A stretch of DNA of 44,232 bases from an uncultured Piscirickettsiaceae bacterium (GTDB lineage Bacteria; Pseudomonadota; Gammaproteobacteria; GCF-002020875): NCBI GenBank assembly GCA_964416755.1, contig CAYQFH010000001.1, positions 1 to 44,232 on the forward strand, read 5' to 3'. Below the pieces are notes generated by a model. It ran no database searches and was not told the origin of the DNA. It saw only the letters and a list, made by a program, of their open reading frames with translations. The position numbers were made by a program, and so were the translations under genes. Of the stretch, positions 1 to 8,379 are shown piece after piece (position 1 is the stretch's first letter; every line of letters begins with the position of its first letter).

Positions 1-2
1 AA

Positions 3-1565
3 CAGGACTCCCATCTGATTGGCCAGTTTGGTGTCGGCTTCTACTCCTCCTTTATTGTGGCCGACAGGGTGACGGTAGAGACTCGTCGTGCCGGATTGAC
101 CTCTGAACATGGTGTGCGTTGGGAATCTTCTGGCGAGGGTGACTACACGCTGGAGACTATCGACAAGCCGCGTCGTGGTACCCGGATCACTATGCATCTG
201 CGCGATGACGAGGAGGAGTTCCTCGACAACTGGAAGCTGAAGTCACTGATCCACAAATATTCCGAACACATCACCTTGCCGATCATGATGGAGCCAGATG
301 CGCCGCCTCCTGCTGAGGAGGGTGAAGAGCCGAAGGAGATGGAGCCGTGGGAGCAGGTCAACAAGGCGACGGCACTCTGGAGCATGAACCGCAACGAAAT
401 CTCCGAGGAGGAGTACAAGGAGTTTTACAAGAGTGTTGGTCATGATTGGCAGGATCCGATGGAGTGGGTGCATGCGCGGGTTGAGGGTAATCTTGAATAT
501 ACCCAGCTGCTCTATGTTCCTTCCAAGGCACCTTTTGATCTCAATGATCGTGAACGTTCACATGGCATCAAGCTCTATGTGCGCCGTGTCTTCATTATGG
601 AGGATACCGAGAAGCTGATGCCCACCTACATGCGCTTTGTGCGTGGTGTCATCGACTCCAACGACCTGCCGCTCAATGTCTCGCGCGAGATTCTGCAGAG
701 CAGTAAGATTGTCGACCAGATCAAGAAGGGCTCTACCAAGAAGGTGCTTGGTATGTTGGAAGGAATCGCCAAGCAAGGTGAGGAGGAGTATGCCAAGTTC
801 TGGAGTGAATTTGGCCCGGTTTTCAAGGAGGGGCTGATCGAGGACACCAACAATCAGGAACGTATCGCCAAACTTTGCCGTTTTGCCACCTCCGAGAGTG
901 AGGGCACCGACCAGAATGTCTCGCTCGAGACCTATGTTGAGCGGATGAAAGAGGGACAGAACAAGATCTACTTCATCACTGGTGAGAGCTACAACGCAGC
1001 CAAAAACAGCCCGCACCTCGAAGTCTTCAAGAAGAAGGGGATTGAGGTAGTGTTGCTTACCGATCATGTGGACGAGTGGGTGGTTAACCATCTGCGTGAG
1101 TTTGATGGCAAGTCCCTGGTCTCGGTCACTCAGGGTGATCTGGATCTTGGTGAGCTGGAGGATGAGGAAGAGAAGGAGGAGCTGAAGAAAGAGGAGGAGA
1201 CCTTCAAGAATCTGATCGAGCAGATGAAGGGGGTGCTGGGCGAAGAGGTGGAGGATATCCGCGTCACCAACCGCCTGACCGACTCTCCTGCCTGTCTGGT
1301 GGCTGGTGCTGGTGGTATGGATGCCAACATGGAGCGCATCATGAAGAGCATGGGGCAGGAGATTCCAAGCACCAAGCGCATCATGGAGATCAATGTGGAG
1401 CATCCGCTGGTTGAGCGTCTACAGAACGAGCAGGATGAAGAGCGCTTCGCGGACTGGAGCCGTATCCTGTTTGATCAATCCCTGCTGGCCGAGGGGAGTC
1501 AGCTGGATGATCCGGCCAGCTTTACCCGTCGCCTGAACGGGTTGTTGCAGACACTTGCTGGATAA
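3..1565 (+). CDS. htpG: Hsp90 chaperone HtpG (5' end outside window)
   Basis: The frame is open from position 3 (QDSHLIGQFGVGFYSSFIVAD), giving the Hsp90 GQFGVGFYS motif. It also has IKLYVRRVFI, GVIDSNDLPLNVSREILQ and the SP(H)LE motif. TAA stop at 1563-1565. Confidence 0.98.
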   Translation, partial: QDSHLIGQFGVGFYSSFIVADRVTVETRRAGLTSEHGVRWESSGEGDYTLETIDKPRRGTRITMHLRDDEEEFLDNWKLKSLIHKYSEHITLPIMMEPDAPPPAEEGEEPKEMEPWEQVNKATALWSMNRNEISEEEYKEFYKSVGHDWQDPMEWVHARVEGNLEYTQLLYVPSKAPFDLNDRERSHGIKLYVRRVFIMEDTEKLMPTYMRFVRGVIDSNDLPLNVSREILQSSKIVDQIKKGSTKKVLGMLEGIAKQGEEEYAKFWSEFGPVFKEGLIEDTNNQERIAKLCRFATSESEGTDQNVSLETYVERMKEGQNKIYFITGESYNAAKNSPHLEVFKKKGIEVVLLTDHVDEWVVNHLREFDGKSLVSVTQGDLDLGELEDEEEKEELKKEEETFKNLIEQMKGVLGEEVEDIRVTNRLTDSPACLVAGAGGMDANMERIMKSMGQEIPSTKRIMEINVEHPLVERLQNEQDEERFADWSRILFDQSLLAEGSQLDDPASFTRRLNGLLQTLAG

Positions 1566-3261
1566 CACAGCAACAGCAATCTCGCGCAGAGACGCAGAGA
1601 CGCAGAGAACAGCAGACACCAATTGCTGTTACTTTGGGTCTCTGCGTTTTTTTGTTGAGATACTTGATTTTAAAGGTGGAAAATACTCTTTAGGTCTGAC
1701 AGATATCGAAAGGCAATCAGTATTTGTAGAGGGCAAAAAAAAAATCAATAAGCCCTTCTCTGCGTCTCTGCGTCTCTGCGCGAGACTGCTTTTGCTGTTA
1801 TCTGTTCAGCAAGTTGCACATGCTGATCTGCAATCCGATATTGACGCCATCATCGACTCCCCCAAGACCCCGGCCGCACTCTGGGGGATCCGTATTGAAG
1901 AGAGCGATTCCGACACCGTGCTCTACTCCCGCCATGGGGATACTCCGTTTGTTCCTGCATCGGTCAACAAGCTGGTCTCGACGGCTGTAGCGCTGGATCG
2001 ACTGGGGCCCGACTACACCTTTGAGACCCACCTCCGCTTCCCAACTGCAGAGATTCCAGCGGATGGTGTCATTCGTGGGGATCTGCAGATCATTGGCGGA
2101 GGGGATCCGACCTTGGGAACAGCCGAGGGGGCAACGGGGCGAAAGTTTCTGCAGCAGTGGGTCAAGCGGCTGAAGAAGGAGGGGGTCAAACGGATCAATG
2201 GCCATATTGTTGGGGTGGATGACATCTTTGTCGAAGAGCCGCTGGGGCAGGGGTGGGCCTGGGATGATGAGCAATATGCCTTCTCGGCAGAGTCTTCCGG
2301 GTTGACGATCCATGGGGGGACCGCAGGTTACCGTATCGAGGGGAATAAAAAACAGCGCCTGAGAAGGAAGCAGATCCACCTCTATCCGGAGAATGAGTAT
2401 CTCAATACCCATGTACGGATCACAGATGAGAAGCGTCAGGTACAGATCACACGGCGGCGGGGCACCAACCATTTTGTCATCGAGGTGCCGGAGTCGATGC
2501 GGCGCAATCCGCCCATGTCGGGCAAGGTGACGGTCAAGAACCCGACTGATTGGACCGCCACCCTGTTCAAACAGGCACTGGAGCAGGCGGGTATTGAGGT
2601 AAAGGGAAAGGCGGTCGATAGTGACTACCTGCGTGGGTTTGAGCCAGCGACGGGAATGGTCTGGACCCACCACTCCAAACCGTTGAAGGAGATTCTGTCG
2701 CTGGCCAATAAACGCAGTATCAATTTGGTGGCTGAGCATCTGCTGCGAGCCAGCGGGATACAGCGAGATCAGAGTGGTGCAGTTACACAGGCAGGATCAG
2801 TTCAGCGTGGACTGCAGCAGACCACAAAGCTGCTGAAGGGGTGGGAGGTCGCGCCACACCGTTACAAGGTGGTGGACGGTTCCGGACTCTCTCGCTATAA
2901 CCTGATTCGACCGGAAGATCTGGTGAAATTGTTGAAAGGGATGGCAGCGCACCCACAGGCAGAGGTCTACCGTGACTCACTGGCCCGCTCTGGCAAGGAT
3001 GGGACGTTGACCTGGCGCCTGCGTGAGACTCCGCTGGAGGGAAAGGTATGGGCCAAGACTGGTACACTCTCCTCTATTCGGGCGATTGCCGGATACTTGA
3101 AAACGCCAAAAGGGAAGGAGTTGACCTTCGCCATTTTGGTGAATAACTACGCTTCAGGCAGCCGCAAGATCCGAAATCGCATCGACAGCATACTATTGAA
3201 GGCGGCAGAGTGGGCAGATAAGAAAAAACCAAAGAAGAGCAAGAAGCGTAAGGAGAAGTAG
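1555..3261 (+). CDS. dacB: D-alanyl-D-alanine carboxypeptidase/endopeptidase PBP4 (peptidase S13); start codon uncertain
   Basis: SxxK (PASVNKL), GGGDPTL, GWAWDD, SxN (SINLVAE), DGSGLSRYN and KTG motifs. A signal-like segment RLLLLLSVQQVAHA precedes the mature domain. No in-frame ATG lies before it, only the TTG at 1555 and a TTG inside the hydrophobic stretch. Confidence 0.92.
   Translation: MLDNTATAISRRDAETQRTADTNCCYFGSLRFFVEILDFKGGKYSLGLTDIERQSVFVEGKKKINKPFSASLRLCARLLLLLSVQQVAHADLQSDIDAIIDSPKTPAALWGIRIEESDSDTVLYSRHGDTPFVPASVNKLVSTAVALDRLGPDYTFETHLRFPTAEIPADGVIRGDLQIIGGGDPTLGTAEGATGRKFLQQWVKRLKKEGVKRINGHIVGVDDIFVEEPLGQGWAWDDEQYAFSAESSGLTIHGGTAGYRIEGNKKQRLRRKQIHLYPENEYLNTHVRITDEKRQVQITRRRGTNHFVIEVPESMRRNPPMSGKVTVKNPTDWTATLFKQALEQAGIEVKGKAVDSDYLRGFEPATGMVWTHHSKPLKEILSLANKRSINLVAEHLLRASGIQRDQSGAVTQAGSVQRGLQQTTKLLKGWEVAPHRYKVVDGSGLSRYNLIRPEDLVKLLKGMAAHPQAEVYRDSLARSGKDGTLTWRLRETPLEGKVWAKTGTLSSIRAIAGYLKTPKGKELTFAILVNNYASGSRKIRNRIDSILLKAAEWADKKKPKKSKKRKEK
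1567..1798. repeat. Long inverted repeat built of tandem CGCAGAGA units (REP/MITE-like element)
   Basis: 1580-1609 TCTCGCGCAGAGACGCAGAGACGCAGAGAA is the exact reverse complement of 1756-1785. The match extends to 43 bp with 2 mismatches (1567-1609 vs 1756-1798). The interior is AT-rich, with an extra GTCTCTGCG copy at 1638-1646. Confidence 0.9.
1592..1653 (+). terminator. Possible intrinsic terminator after htpG
   Basis: ACGCAGAGAC (1592-1601) can pair with GTCTCTGCGT (1638-1647), with an inner AACAGCA/TGCTGTT stem and a T7 run at 1647-1653. The loop region is atypically large. Confidence 0.4.
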
Positions 3262-3501
3262 ATGGAGCTGGCTGAGATCAAACAGCGTATTGAAGAGGGC
3301 ATTCCCGGATCTGAAGCGATCCTCAGCGGGGATGGGTGTAACTGTGAAGCAACGGTGATTAGCGATAGCTTTGAGGGACAAGGGTTGTTGGCTCAGCAGC
3401 GTGCAGTCATGGCGACGGTCAATGATGTGATTGCCAGTGGAGAGCTGCATGCGTTGGCGATCAAAACTTATACGCAGAAGTCATGGGATAGTCAAGCCTG
3501 A
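3262..3501 (+). CDS. BolA/IbaG family protein
   Basis: 79 aa with GDGC..EATVISDSFEG and GELHALAIKT, the BolA-family signature. Abuts the dacB stop. Confidence 0.92.
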   Translation: MELAEIKQRIEEGIPGSEAILSGDGCNCEATVISDSFEGQGLLAQQRAVMATVNDVIASGELHALAIKTYTQKSWDSQA

Positions 3502-3515
3502 CTCACTTCAGATAG

Positions 3516-3559
3516 ATAGTATTACGGTAAGACTATTTTCATAATTGCAGACTGCAATT
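3516..3559. promoter_or_regulatory. Two adjacent palindromes (candidate operator sites) upstream of the binding-protein/kinase operon
   Basis: ATAGTATTACGGTAAGACTAT (3516-3536, imperfect dyad) and AATTGCAG-A-CTGCAATT (3543-3559, perfect 8-1-8 dyad) in an AT-rich intergenic gap. Confidence 0.4.
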
Positions 3560-3632
3560 TATTGATGAATGTCTGGAATGAATTCGTCACCAGTACGGAA
3601 GATCGGTTAGTGAACCGCATGGGAGAGTATGG

Positions 3633-4610
3633 ATGGTAAGGCGGATAGTGCTGTATATGGTTCTGCTGTTTTCGGCAAATAGTTGGGCAACGGAGGGGAA
3701 ACGCTGTTTGATTGTCTACTCCTACCATGTGGGATACCCATGGAATGACACGATTGATCAGAGGGTGACAGAGGTACTGCAGGATGAGTGTGAAATCGTC
3801 CGCTTCTATATGGACTCCAAGCGCAACCCACAACCACAGTTTATCCGGGACAAGGCTCAACAGGCTCATTTACTGGTTCAACAATTGAAGCCAGATGTGG
3901 TGCTTGCATTTGATGACAATGCCTCGAAATATCTGGTTGTCCCCTATCTACGAGATGGGGATGTTCCAGTGGTCTTTGCGGGGGTTAATTGGGATGCCAA
4001 AGAGTATGGTTATCCCTATTCCAAGGCGACCGGGATGGTCGAAATTGCTCCGCTTGAACCACTCTTTTTGTATGCACAACAATTGCTGGGGAGAGGTGGA
4101 AAAAGGCCACTTCAGGTGCATGTGATTGATGCCAATCGCTATAGCGCAATAAAAGAGTTTAGCCATATCGAGAAACGATTCAGCAAGGGAGAGATGATTT
4201 TTTACCCCCACTTTGTGGAGAATTTTGAGCAGTGGAGGCAGGCATTTATTGCTGCTCAGAGCGGAGATATTGTGCTGCTGATGAACAATGCCGGGATTGT
4301 TGGATGGAGTAGTAGTGATGCAGAAGCCTTTGTCCGTCAGCATGGCAAAGCACTCTCTGTTGCCATCCATGGCTGGATGAAAAGATTGGTGTTATTGACG
4401 ATGGCAAAAGAGCCTGAAGAACAGGGGGAGTGGGCTGGAGAGGCTGCAGCTGCCATTTTGTCCGGAATCAACCCGAAGGACATTCCGATGGTAAGCAATC
4501 GGCGCTGGAGCAGTTATATCAATCAAAGCTTGCTGAATCAGATCAATGTACCACTTCCGGAACGATTGATTCAGCGTTCCCGGTGGCTAGAGGAGGAGAG
4601 AAATGAGTAA
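3633..4610 (+). CDS. Periplasmic binding protein, ABC_sub_bind-like (type I PBP fold)
   Basis: Signal peptide (…SANSWA). YSYHVGYPW, FYMDSKRN, PDVVLAFDDNA, PVVFAGVNW, ATGMVE and EQGEWAG motifs are typical of this family. Confidence 0.8.
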   Translation: MVRRIVLYMVLLFSANSWATEGKRCLIVYSYHVGYPWNDTIDQRVTEVLQDECEIVRFYMDSKRNPQPQFIRDKAQQAHLLVQQLKPDVVLAFDDNASKYLVVPYLRDGDVPVVFAGVNWDAKEYGYPYSKATGMVEIAPLEPLFLYAQQLLGRGGKRPLQVHVIDANRYSAIKEFSHIEKRFSKGEMIFYPHFVENFEQWRQAFIAAQSGDIVLLMNNAGIVGWSSSDAEAFVRQHGKALSVAIHGWMKRLVLLTMAKEPEEQGEWAGEAAAAILSGINPKDIPMVSNRRWSSYINQSLLNQINVPLPERLIQRSRWLEEERNE

Positions 4611-5601
4611 ATTTCAAAATGGAGTTGGTATGCTAAAGCGTTGGTTGTTGCTGTTCTGTTTGCCATTGAACAGTGTTGCCGGAGAGTTAGAGCCATTATC
4701 GATGCAGCTGCGATGGATCACTCAGGCGCAGTTTGCGGGCTATTACGTTGCGTTGGATAAGGGGTTTTATCAAAAGCGGGGGTTGGATGTGACTATTCTT
4801 CCCGGTGGGCCCAACCTCGATCCGTCACAAAATCTGCGTTCCGGATTTATCGATGTGGGGATTGAGTGGTTGCCGCATGCACTGTTGCAGCGGGAGCAGG
4901 GTAATCAGATCGTCAATATTGCACAGATCTTTGATCGTACCGGATATACCCTATCGTGTCGTAAAGACAGGGGGATCACATCTCTGAAAGACCTTCATGG
5001 CAAGCGGATAGGCTCCTGGTTTGTGGGCGATGAAGTGAAGATTGCTGCGCTACTGAGGAAAGAGCAGGTTGAGGCGGAGATCTATCCACAGAATTTCAAT
5101 CTGATCGATCTGATCGAAGGGAAGTCGGACTGCATCTCTACCATGCGTTACAACGAGTATTTGACGTTGTTGGAACAAGGGATGAGAGAGGATGAGATCG
5201 TAACTTTCGATTTTGACCAGTTGGGGGTGGCAACACTGGAGGACGGCCTCTATGTGCGTGAGGATCTTCTACAAGATCCATTGATGCGGAGTCGTTTGAC
5301 TCGGTACCTTGCTGCAACCATCGAAGGGTGGCGATATACACTGGATCACCCGGAAGAAGCGCTTGAAATTGTTTTGGATAATGATCCTACAGGGGCGCTG
5401 GATGAGGCACACCAACGCGCAATGCTAAACGTGGTATTGGGATTGCTTCATGTTGATCGGGATAAAATTGGTCAGCTTTCCGAAAGGCTTTACCTGCAGA
5501 ATGTAGAGCAGTTACTTGACGGAAAGGTGATCACCTACCATCCGGCAAGGGGAGCTTACAGCGATAAGATCTGGAAAGCGGTGCAGTCGTTGAGCAAATA
5601 A
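4603..5601 (+). CDS. NMT1/THI5 (SsuA-like) periplasmic binding protein; alternative start 4630
   Basis: LRWITQAQFAGYYVALDKGFY…GLDVTILPGGP, IAQIF, TMRYNEY and LEDGLYV motifs, plus a signal peptide. Confidence 0.88.
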   Translation: MSKFQNGVGMLKRWLLLFCLPLNSVAGELEPLSMQLRWITQAQFAGYYVALDKGFYQKRGLDVTILPGGPNLDPSQNLRSGFIDVGIEWLPHALLQREQGNQIVNIAQIFDRTGYTLSCRKDRGITSLKDLHGKRIGSWFVGDEVKIAALLRKEQVEAEIYPQNFNLIDLIEGKSDCISTMRYNEYLTLLEQGMREDEIVTFDFDQLGVATLEDGLYVREDLLQDPLMRSRLTRYLAATIEGWRYTLDHPEEALEIVLDNDPTGALDEAHQRAMLNVVLGLLHVDRDKIGQLSERLYLQNVEQLLDGKVITYHPARGAYSDKIWKAVQSLSK

Positions 5602-8379
5602 ATGCTGAGTATACGCCAACGACTCTCTCTCACTTTCGGTGTAATGGCGCTGATGTTGATGAGTGCAACGGCACTGGTTTGGATAGCCATTGACCGGTTG
5701 ACAACCTCTCACCAGCAGACACTGGTAAATACCATACCCATGACAATCAAGGCGGATCAATTCAGTGATTTGGTAGGACAGTTGGTGCATGAGGTGCTGG
5801 AGCTACAGTACGCAACTTCGGAGGGTGCTCGCTGGGAACAGCTGTTTGAGGTGAATCAGAAAGAGAAGTTGGTTAAGAATTCCTTTACTGCGCTGTTTGA
5901 TGATGCAGGAGAGGAGACCTATCCGTTGCAGCAAGCGTTGGATGAGGAGTTGAGGGAGTTACGTCAGGGGATCTATCAGGTGGACAACCATGTCCAGCAA
6001 TTGATCGAGTCAAGACAGTTGAAGAACATCTGGTCAGCGAAGATCGAAGAGAAACAGAAGCAGTTTCTGATGGCAATTACCCCGCTGGTCAATCTGGCCT
6101 GGAATGAAGTAAATGCAATTCAGCTGGATGATCAGTTTGGAACTGGCCATCCCAAGCAGGTGGACCGGTTGAGGCGTCTTTATTCAACCATCATGGCAAG
6201 TACCCAGCTCAGTCAGAAGCTGCAAGCTGCACTGCTGCAAACGGATTTGAAGCAGTTGAAGCGTCTGGAGAGAGAGGGGAAGCGGCTGTGGCGTAGAGTG
6301 GTTAAGAATGTAAATGTTAGTGTGGAGAACCAAGAGCCGATTAGTAAGGAGACGCAAGCATTAAGTGACCTTTTTCAACTGTTCCAGCTGCAACAACAGC
6401 ATATTGAGCACCTAAAACAGAGCAGAGTGATGGCAGAGCATCTGGAGAAGGTTGAGGAGGAGATCAGGACTGAGATGGTTCGTCTCAAGCAGGCCGTACA
6501 GCATCAGGTCAATGACAGCACGGAGGACACCAATCAGCTGTTACAACAGGGACGTGGCTGGATTGCACTGTTTACCCTCTTTTTTGTGCTGGTGGCCAGT
6601 TTCAGTGGTTGGTATGTCTATCGTCGTGTGGGGGGTGGGCTACGAGAGATGATCGATACCACACGTAAGCTCTCGAACGGCTTTCTCAGTATCAATATCC
6701 CGTTCCGGAATCGTCATGATGAGTTGGGGGATATGGCCAATGCGCTGGAGATCTTTCGTAAACAGGCGCAGGAGCGCAATCAACTGGCAGATGCGCTGAA
6801 GCGATCACAGCAGGATCTGGAACAGCGGGTTGAGCAGCGGACAGCTGATCTCAGTCACGAGATTGAGCGTCACAAGGTGACGGAGAAGAAGTTGGAGCAG
6901 AGTGCTCGCTACAAAACAGAATTCATAGCCAATATGAGCCATGAGATCCGTACACCGATGAATGCAATCCTTGGATTGAATAATCTGTTGTTGCAGTCGG
7001 AACTGAATGGTAAACAGCGCAACTTTCTCGAGAACCAGCAGAGTTCGGCTCAGACGCTGCTGCGCCTGTTGAATGATATCCTCGATATCTCCAGAATTGA
7101 GTCTGGAAAGATGGAGGTTGAGAATCGCCCATTCAGTCTGGATCAACTACTCAATACGCTGCATGCAACGGTCTATAGTGGCCTGGCGATGGAGAAGGGG
7201 TTGCAGGTCACGATTGAGCGTGAGGAACATATTCCAGACCATCTGCTGGGTGATGAACATCGATTGCTGCAGGTGCTCATCAATCTCTGCAGTAATGGCA
7301 TCAAATTTACCGAGAAAGGGGGAGTGAAAATAGTTGTCTCACCAGTGGAAGCGACAACAGAGCAGTACCTCTTGCGCTTTGCTGTAGAGGATAGCGGTAT
7401 TGGTATGAGCAACGAGGTGCAGAACAGGGTATTTGAAGCCTTTGTGCAGGCTGATAGCTCTACCACTCGCAGATTTGGCGGTACTGGATTGGGACTGGCG
7501 ATTAGCCAACGTCTTGTGCAGTTGATGGGAGGTTCTGGAATTGAGGTCGAAAGCGTCGAGGGGGAGGGGAGTACCTTCTCGTTTGAGCTCTCATTTGATA
7601 TTACTGCTTCGACAGGAGTGGCATCACCAAAAGTGTCGCCAGAAGTGGTATCTATTGACCAGCTTCAGCGGTTGATGAAGGATAAAACGGTATTGTTGGT
7701 GGATGACCATGCAGCAAACCGCCTGGTGGTGGGGATCATGCTGGAGGATATGGGGGTAAAGGTATCCGAGTCGGAAGGGGGGAGAGAGGCATTGCAGTGG
7801 CTGCAGCGTAATGGTATCCCGGATCTGATTCTGATGGATATGAGAATGCCGGGTATGGATGGTATTGAGACCACACGGGAGATCAGTAGACGCTATCCCG
7901 ATTTGGCGTCTCCGATTGTTGCATTGACAGCGGAGTCGATTGAAGAGCGGCGCAGTGAGGCGATGGCCGTGGGTATGGCTGGATTTCTCAGTAAACCGGT
8001 CGATCCGGATCTGTTTGAGGCGTTAATGATCCAGCTCTTCTCGGAAGGCCAGAGCGAGGTTGAATATGGTGCCTCTCAAGTGAAGTTGCCTGATGTGGAA
8101 CTTCAGAGACACCCCGACCCAATTGAGTTCACAGAGGATCCTGTGTTGAGAACTTATTTCAAACAGGAGGTTGGTGAGTGCTTCGATGAAGTGCAATCGA
8201 CGCATGATATTGATACCATAGAGCGCTTCGCTATTGATCTGCTGATTGCTGCACAGCAGAAAGACGCTTCGCAATGTGTGGAATGGGCAAATAATTTGAG
8301 AACTCAAGTTGAGAATATGGATGTGGTTGGTATGAATCAGTCACTGGAGCAGTTTGCCCGGTTTGTGGAGGAGCAGTAG
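5602..8379 (+). CDS. Hybrid sensor histidine kinase: TorS-like periplasmic domain, HAMP, HisKA, HATPase, REC
   Basis: Two TM helices flank a ~290-aa helical domain. HAMP (DELGDMANAL), H-box FIANMSHEIRTPMN, NGIKFT, DSGIG, FVQAD, GGTGLGL, and a REC domain (VLLVDD, LMDMRMP, SKP). Confidence 0.93.
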   Translation: MLSIRQRLSLTFGVMALMLMSATALVWIAIDRLTTSHQQTLVNTIPMTIKADQFSDLVGQLVHEVLELQYATSEGARWEQLFEVNQKEKLVKNSFTALFDDAGEETYPLQQALDEELRELRQGIYQVDNHVQQLIESRQLKNIWSAKIEEKQKQFLMAITPLVNLAWNEVNAIQLDDQFGTGHPKQVDRLRRLYSTIMASTQLSQKLQAALLQTDLKQLKRLEREGKRLWRRVVKNVNVSVENQEPISKETQALSDLFQLFQLQQQHIEHLKQSRVMAEHLEKVEEEIRTEMVRLKQAVQHQVNDSTEDTNQLLQQGRGWIALFTLFFVLVASFSGWYVYRRVGGGLREMIDTTRKLSNGFLSINIPFRNRHDELGDMANALEIFRKQAQERNQLADALKRSQQDLEQRVEQRTADLSHEIERHKVTEKKLEQSARYKTEFIANMSHEIRTPMNAILGLNNLLLQSELNGKQRNFLENQQSSAQTLLRLLNDILDISRIESGKMEVENRPFSLDQLLNTLHATVYSGLAMEKGLQVTIEREEHIPDHLLGDEHRLLQVLINLCSNGIKFTEKGGVKIVVSPVEATTEQYLLRFAVEDSGIGMSNEVQNRVFEAFVQADSSTTRRFGGTGLGLAISQRLVQLMGGSGIEVESVEGEGSTFSFELSFDITASTGVASPKVSPEVVSIDQLQRLMKDKTVLLVDDHAANRLVVGIMLEDMGVKVSESEGGREALQWLQRNGIPDLILMDMRMPGMDGIETTREISRRYPDLASPIVALTAESIEERRSEAMAVGMAGFLSKPVDPDLFEALMIQLFSEGQSEVEYGASQVKLPDVELQRHPDPIEFTEDPVLRTYFKQEVGECFDEVQSTHDIDTIERFAIDLLIAAQQKDASQCVEWANNLRTQVENMDVVGMNQSLEQFARFVEEQ

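Noticed and set aside
558-1403. 281-aa antisense ORF in htpG (likewise 1798-2739, 32718-33629, 41800-42759 and other shadow ORFs)
   Set aside because: Each is fully antisense to a well-supported gene, has no motifs, and is expected from codon bias.
1694-1712. CTGACAGA…CGAAA resembling a hammerhead ribozyme core inside the repeat element
   Set aside because: The core needs CUGANGA and a real stem II. Here there is an extra base and only 4 nt before GAAA.
1580-1785. Repeat considered as a CRISPR array or IS ends
   Set aside because: The units are 8-bp tandem and inverted with no spacers. No cas or transposase gene and no clear target-site duplication.
3522-3869. 115-aa minus-strand ORF
   Set aside because: Mostly antisense to the binding-protein gene, with no recognisable features.
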